DNA from: Leucoraja ocellata | Lineage: Eukaryota | NCBI GenBank assembly: GCA_036785375.1 | Contig: JAWMAR010000277.1 | Span: forward strand, 1,612,001-1,676,000 | Length of the DNA stretch: 64,000 nt | Direction: 5' to 3' | Shown: positions 61,590 to 64,000 of the stretch, in pieces | Layout: the number at the start of each line of letters is the position of its first letter | Numbering within the stretch: position 1 is the first letter of the stretch | Position numbers and translations under genes: made by a program | The notes under the pieces: generated by a model | The model's input: only the letters and a program-made list of their open reading frames with translations | Databases searched by the model: none | Told to the model about the DNA's origin: nothing

Positions 61590-61975
61590 CGAGGGGACCC
61601 TCATTGAAACTTACCGCATAATGAAAAGCCTGGATGAAGTGGATGTGAAGCAAATGTTTCCACCAGTGGGAGAGTCCAGGACCAGAGGGCACAGCCTCAG
61701 AATTAAGGATGGAAGTTTAGAAAGATGAGGAGGAATTTCTTTAGCCAGAGAGTGGTGGATCTGTGGATTTAATTGCCACAGATGGGTGTGGAAGCCAAGT
61801 CGTTAGGTATTTTTAAGGCGGAGTTTGACAGGTTTTTGACTAGTAAGGGTGGCAAAGGGTACTGGGTGAAGATAGGAGAATCGGTTTGAGAGGGAAACAT
61901 AGATTGACTAGGATTGGATGGCGGAGTAAACTCAATGGGCTGAATGGCCTAATTCGGCTCTTGTGACTTATGAAC
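61590..61975 (+). mobile_element. CR1 LINE 3' fragment
   Basis: ctcattgaaacttacc...accagagggcacagcctcagaat...gggctgaatggcctaattc. Confidence 0.75.
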
Positions 61976-63147
61976 GTATCGTGACAATGACTTTGCCGAC
62001 CTGTACAACTCTGACGGGCTGTAGAAGAAATCTCATGTGGGCGGGCACATGGATAAAGTGCAAACTTCACACAGACGTCAGGATTAAACCCAGGTCTCTG
62101 GAGGTGGGAGGCAGCAGCCACTATGTTGAAGGCCATTTCTCAGCTATCTAAGGAATTGTCCAGGCTGTTGATGATGAATTAATGTGCTGATTAGACGTTT
62201 GTATGCATCCAGTTAATTCCATATTTGGGTGGCCTGCTAACTTTCCTCTTAGAATCAAAGATGACCCAATATCAAAGAGAGAGTAGGATAAGCTGCCAGA
62301 ACTGGGAGGAGGAGGAGGAAGATGGAGAAATAATTTCAGTTGCAAGCTAAATGCACAACAAATCTTAAGGGAGCAATTCTCCTCTCAAGGTCAGTGAAGA
62401 ATAATGAATATTTTATTGTTCCTTCACTAAGAGCTGTGCATGTGACTGCGGAATGCTCACAGCTCCTAACTTTTATGACTCCGGCTCCTTCTAGACTGTT
62501 GCTGCTGCTCCAGGTCAATGGTCTTATTGTTATTGTGACTGTGTTATTGTCTTCAGCACACTGATGCATCAGGGAGGAGGGCACCAAGTCTCAGCGTACA
62601 CAAACAGGCAGATTCTCCTCACTTTTAGTTGCCGGAGACAAGCAGGCGGAGAAATCCATGAGCAGTGTTGATCAGCTGAAGACATGGTTCTGCTGTCTGG
62701 CTTTGTAGCAGTTGAAGATAGACACACAAAGCTGGAGTAACTCAACAGGACAGGCAGCATCTCAGGAGAGAAGGAATGGGTGACATTTTGGGTCAAGACC
62801 CTTGATTCAATGGTTCTTTTATTATCACGTGTACCAGGGTAGAGTGAAATTCTTTTTTTGCATATAGATTAGTAAGATTATTACCATATATAAGTATCAC
62901 TCCCGATTATGTACGCAATACATAGAAACAGCCCACTGCGTCCATATGCCATTGTTGACAGGTTTTGGTAACATTTTACAGATCCAGCAATAGCTGGCTA
63001 TGGAGGCCTGAGGCCTATCACAGCCATCACCTCCATCCTCCTGTATTGCCAGCAGGCCATCATCCCTCTCAGATCAAGCCTTCGGCCTTCACCGGTCATC
63101 CCCAAGAGAACGTCTCCCTTAGATGACCTTGTTAACGCAGACGGTAA

Positions 63148-63296
63148 TGCCCCTGTCCCACTTAGGAAACCTGAACGGAGACCTCTGGAGACTTTGCGCC
63201 CCACCAAGGTTTCCGTGCGGTTCCCGGAGGTTTTTGTCAGTCTACCTACCTGCTTCCACTACCTACAACCTCTGGCAACCACCTGCAACCTCCGGG
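63148..63296. mobile_element. Truncated copy of the 40614 Harbinger-like MITE
   Basis: TAA|TGCCCCTGTCCCACTTAGGAAACCTGAACGG...; right arm absent. Confidence 0.8.
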
Positions 63297-63461
63297 TGGG
63301 AGGATCGGACTGCCAATCACCACCCCCCCCGGACACTTATTATTATTTATTCAAATCATTTGCTATGTCGCTCTTCCAGGGAGATGCTAAATGCATTTTG
63401 TTGTCTCTGTACTGTACACTGACAATGACAATTAAAATTAAATCTGAATCTGAATCTGAAT

Positions 63462-64000
63462 CAAAACCCTGCTACTGGTGTGGCTCGACTGCTCATCACC
63501 ACCGTGAGTGCCCCTATATCAAGTCCGTTTGTTATGCCTGTTACCGTAAAGGGCATCTGCAGGCAGTGTGTCAATCCGTGGGAAAGCTGAGAAAGGGCAA
63601 GAAAGTGCAAAACACAGTCGACCAAATCGCGGAGACCATTCCTATTGAAGTGCTCGCTGTGTCTACGCTCACCGACAAGCCGAGGATTTTGCTGCAGGTC
63701 TCGAACGTCGATCTACAGTTCCAGGTGGACACTGGTGTGGCTGTGTTGCTAGTGGGTCAGGACATCTGGGAGAGGATCGGATCGCCAAAACTGAAACCGG
63801 CCAACATCTGCCCTTCTTATATGGACGACAGCCCATTCCTACGAAAGGCAAACGCACTGTCGCCATTTCCTGTAATGGTATAACACAGATGTTGCCGCTG
63901 ATCGTCGTTGGTAAAGAAGGTACATCGCTCTGTGCCGTCGACTGGATCCATGCTTTCAAGCTTGACATGAACGCCTTGATCTACAATGGATCAACTATGG
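63462..64000 (+). mobile_element. Ty3/Gypsy LTR retrotransposon gag-protease fragment (runs off window)
   Basis: Tandem zinc knuckles CYWCGSTAHHHREC and CYACYRKGHLQAVC; aspartic protease FQVDTG; LPLIVV...DW in a shifted frame. Confidence 0.8.

Overview
Vertebrate genomic DNA, most likely a cartilaginous fish (skate/ray), inferred from HE1-type V-SINEs, CR1 LINEs and abundant Penelope-like repeats. The + strand carries the last 12 coding exons (2063-41986) of a GRAF-family RhoGAP, most like ARHGAP42/GRAF3. They encode the RhoGAP domain, a Ser/Pro-rich linker and a C-terminal SH3, have GT-AG junctions with consistent phases, and are followed by an AT-rich 3' UTR. The introns and the 22 kb downstream are dense with transposons: a near full-length CR1 LINE, a DIRS1-type tyrosine-recombinase retrotransposon with a methyltransferase-like domain, a full-length Tc1, Penelope-like fragments, Rex1/Babar LINE pieces, HE1 SINEs, Harbinger-like and hAT MITEs, non-autonomous Helitrons and a Gypsy gag-pro fragment. 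Most short ORFs in the supplied track are spurious or TE-derived. The most notable signals are: (i) about a dozen dispersed Penelope terminal repeats carrying a minimal hammerhead-ribozyme core; (ii) a LINE inserted into the polypyrimidine tract of a coding-exon acceptor; (iii) a structured CR1 3' UTR; (iv) a MITE family with shared termini but unrelated interiors. I cannot establish a wholly new biological system from the sequence alone. All family assignments rest on motif recognition, not database searches.
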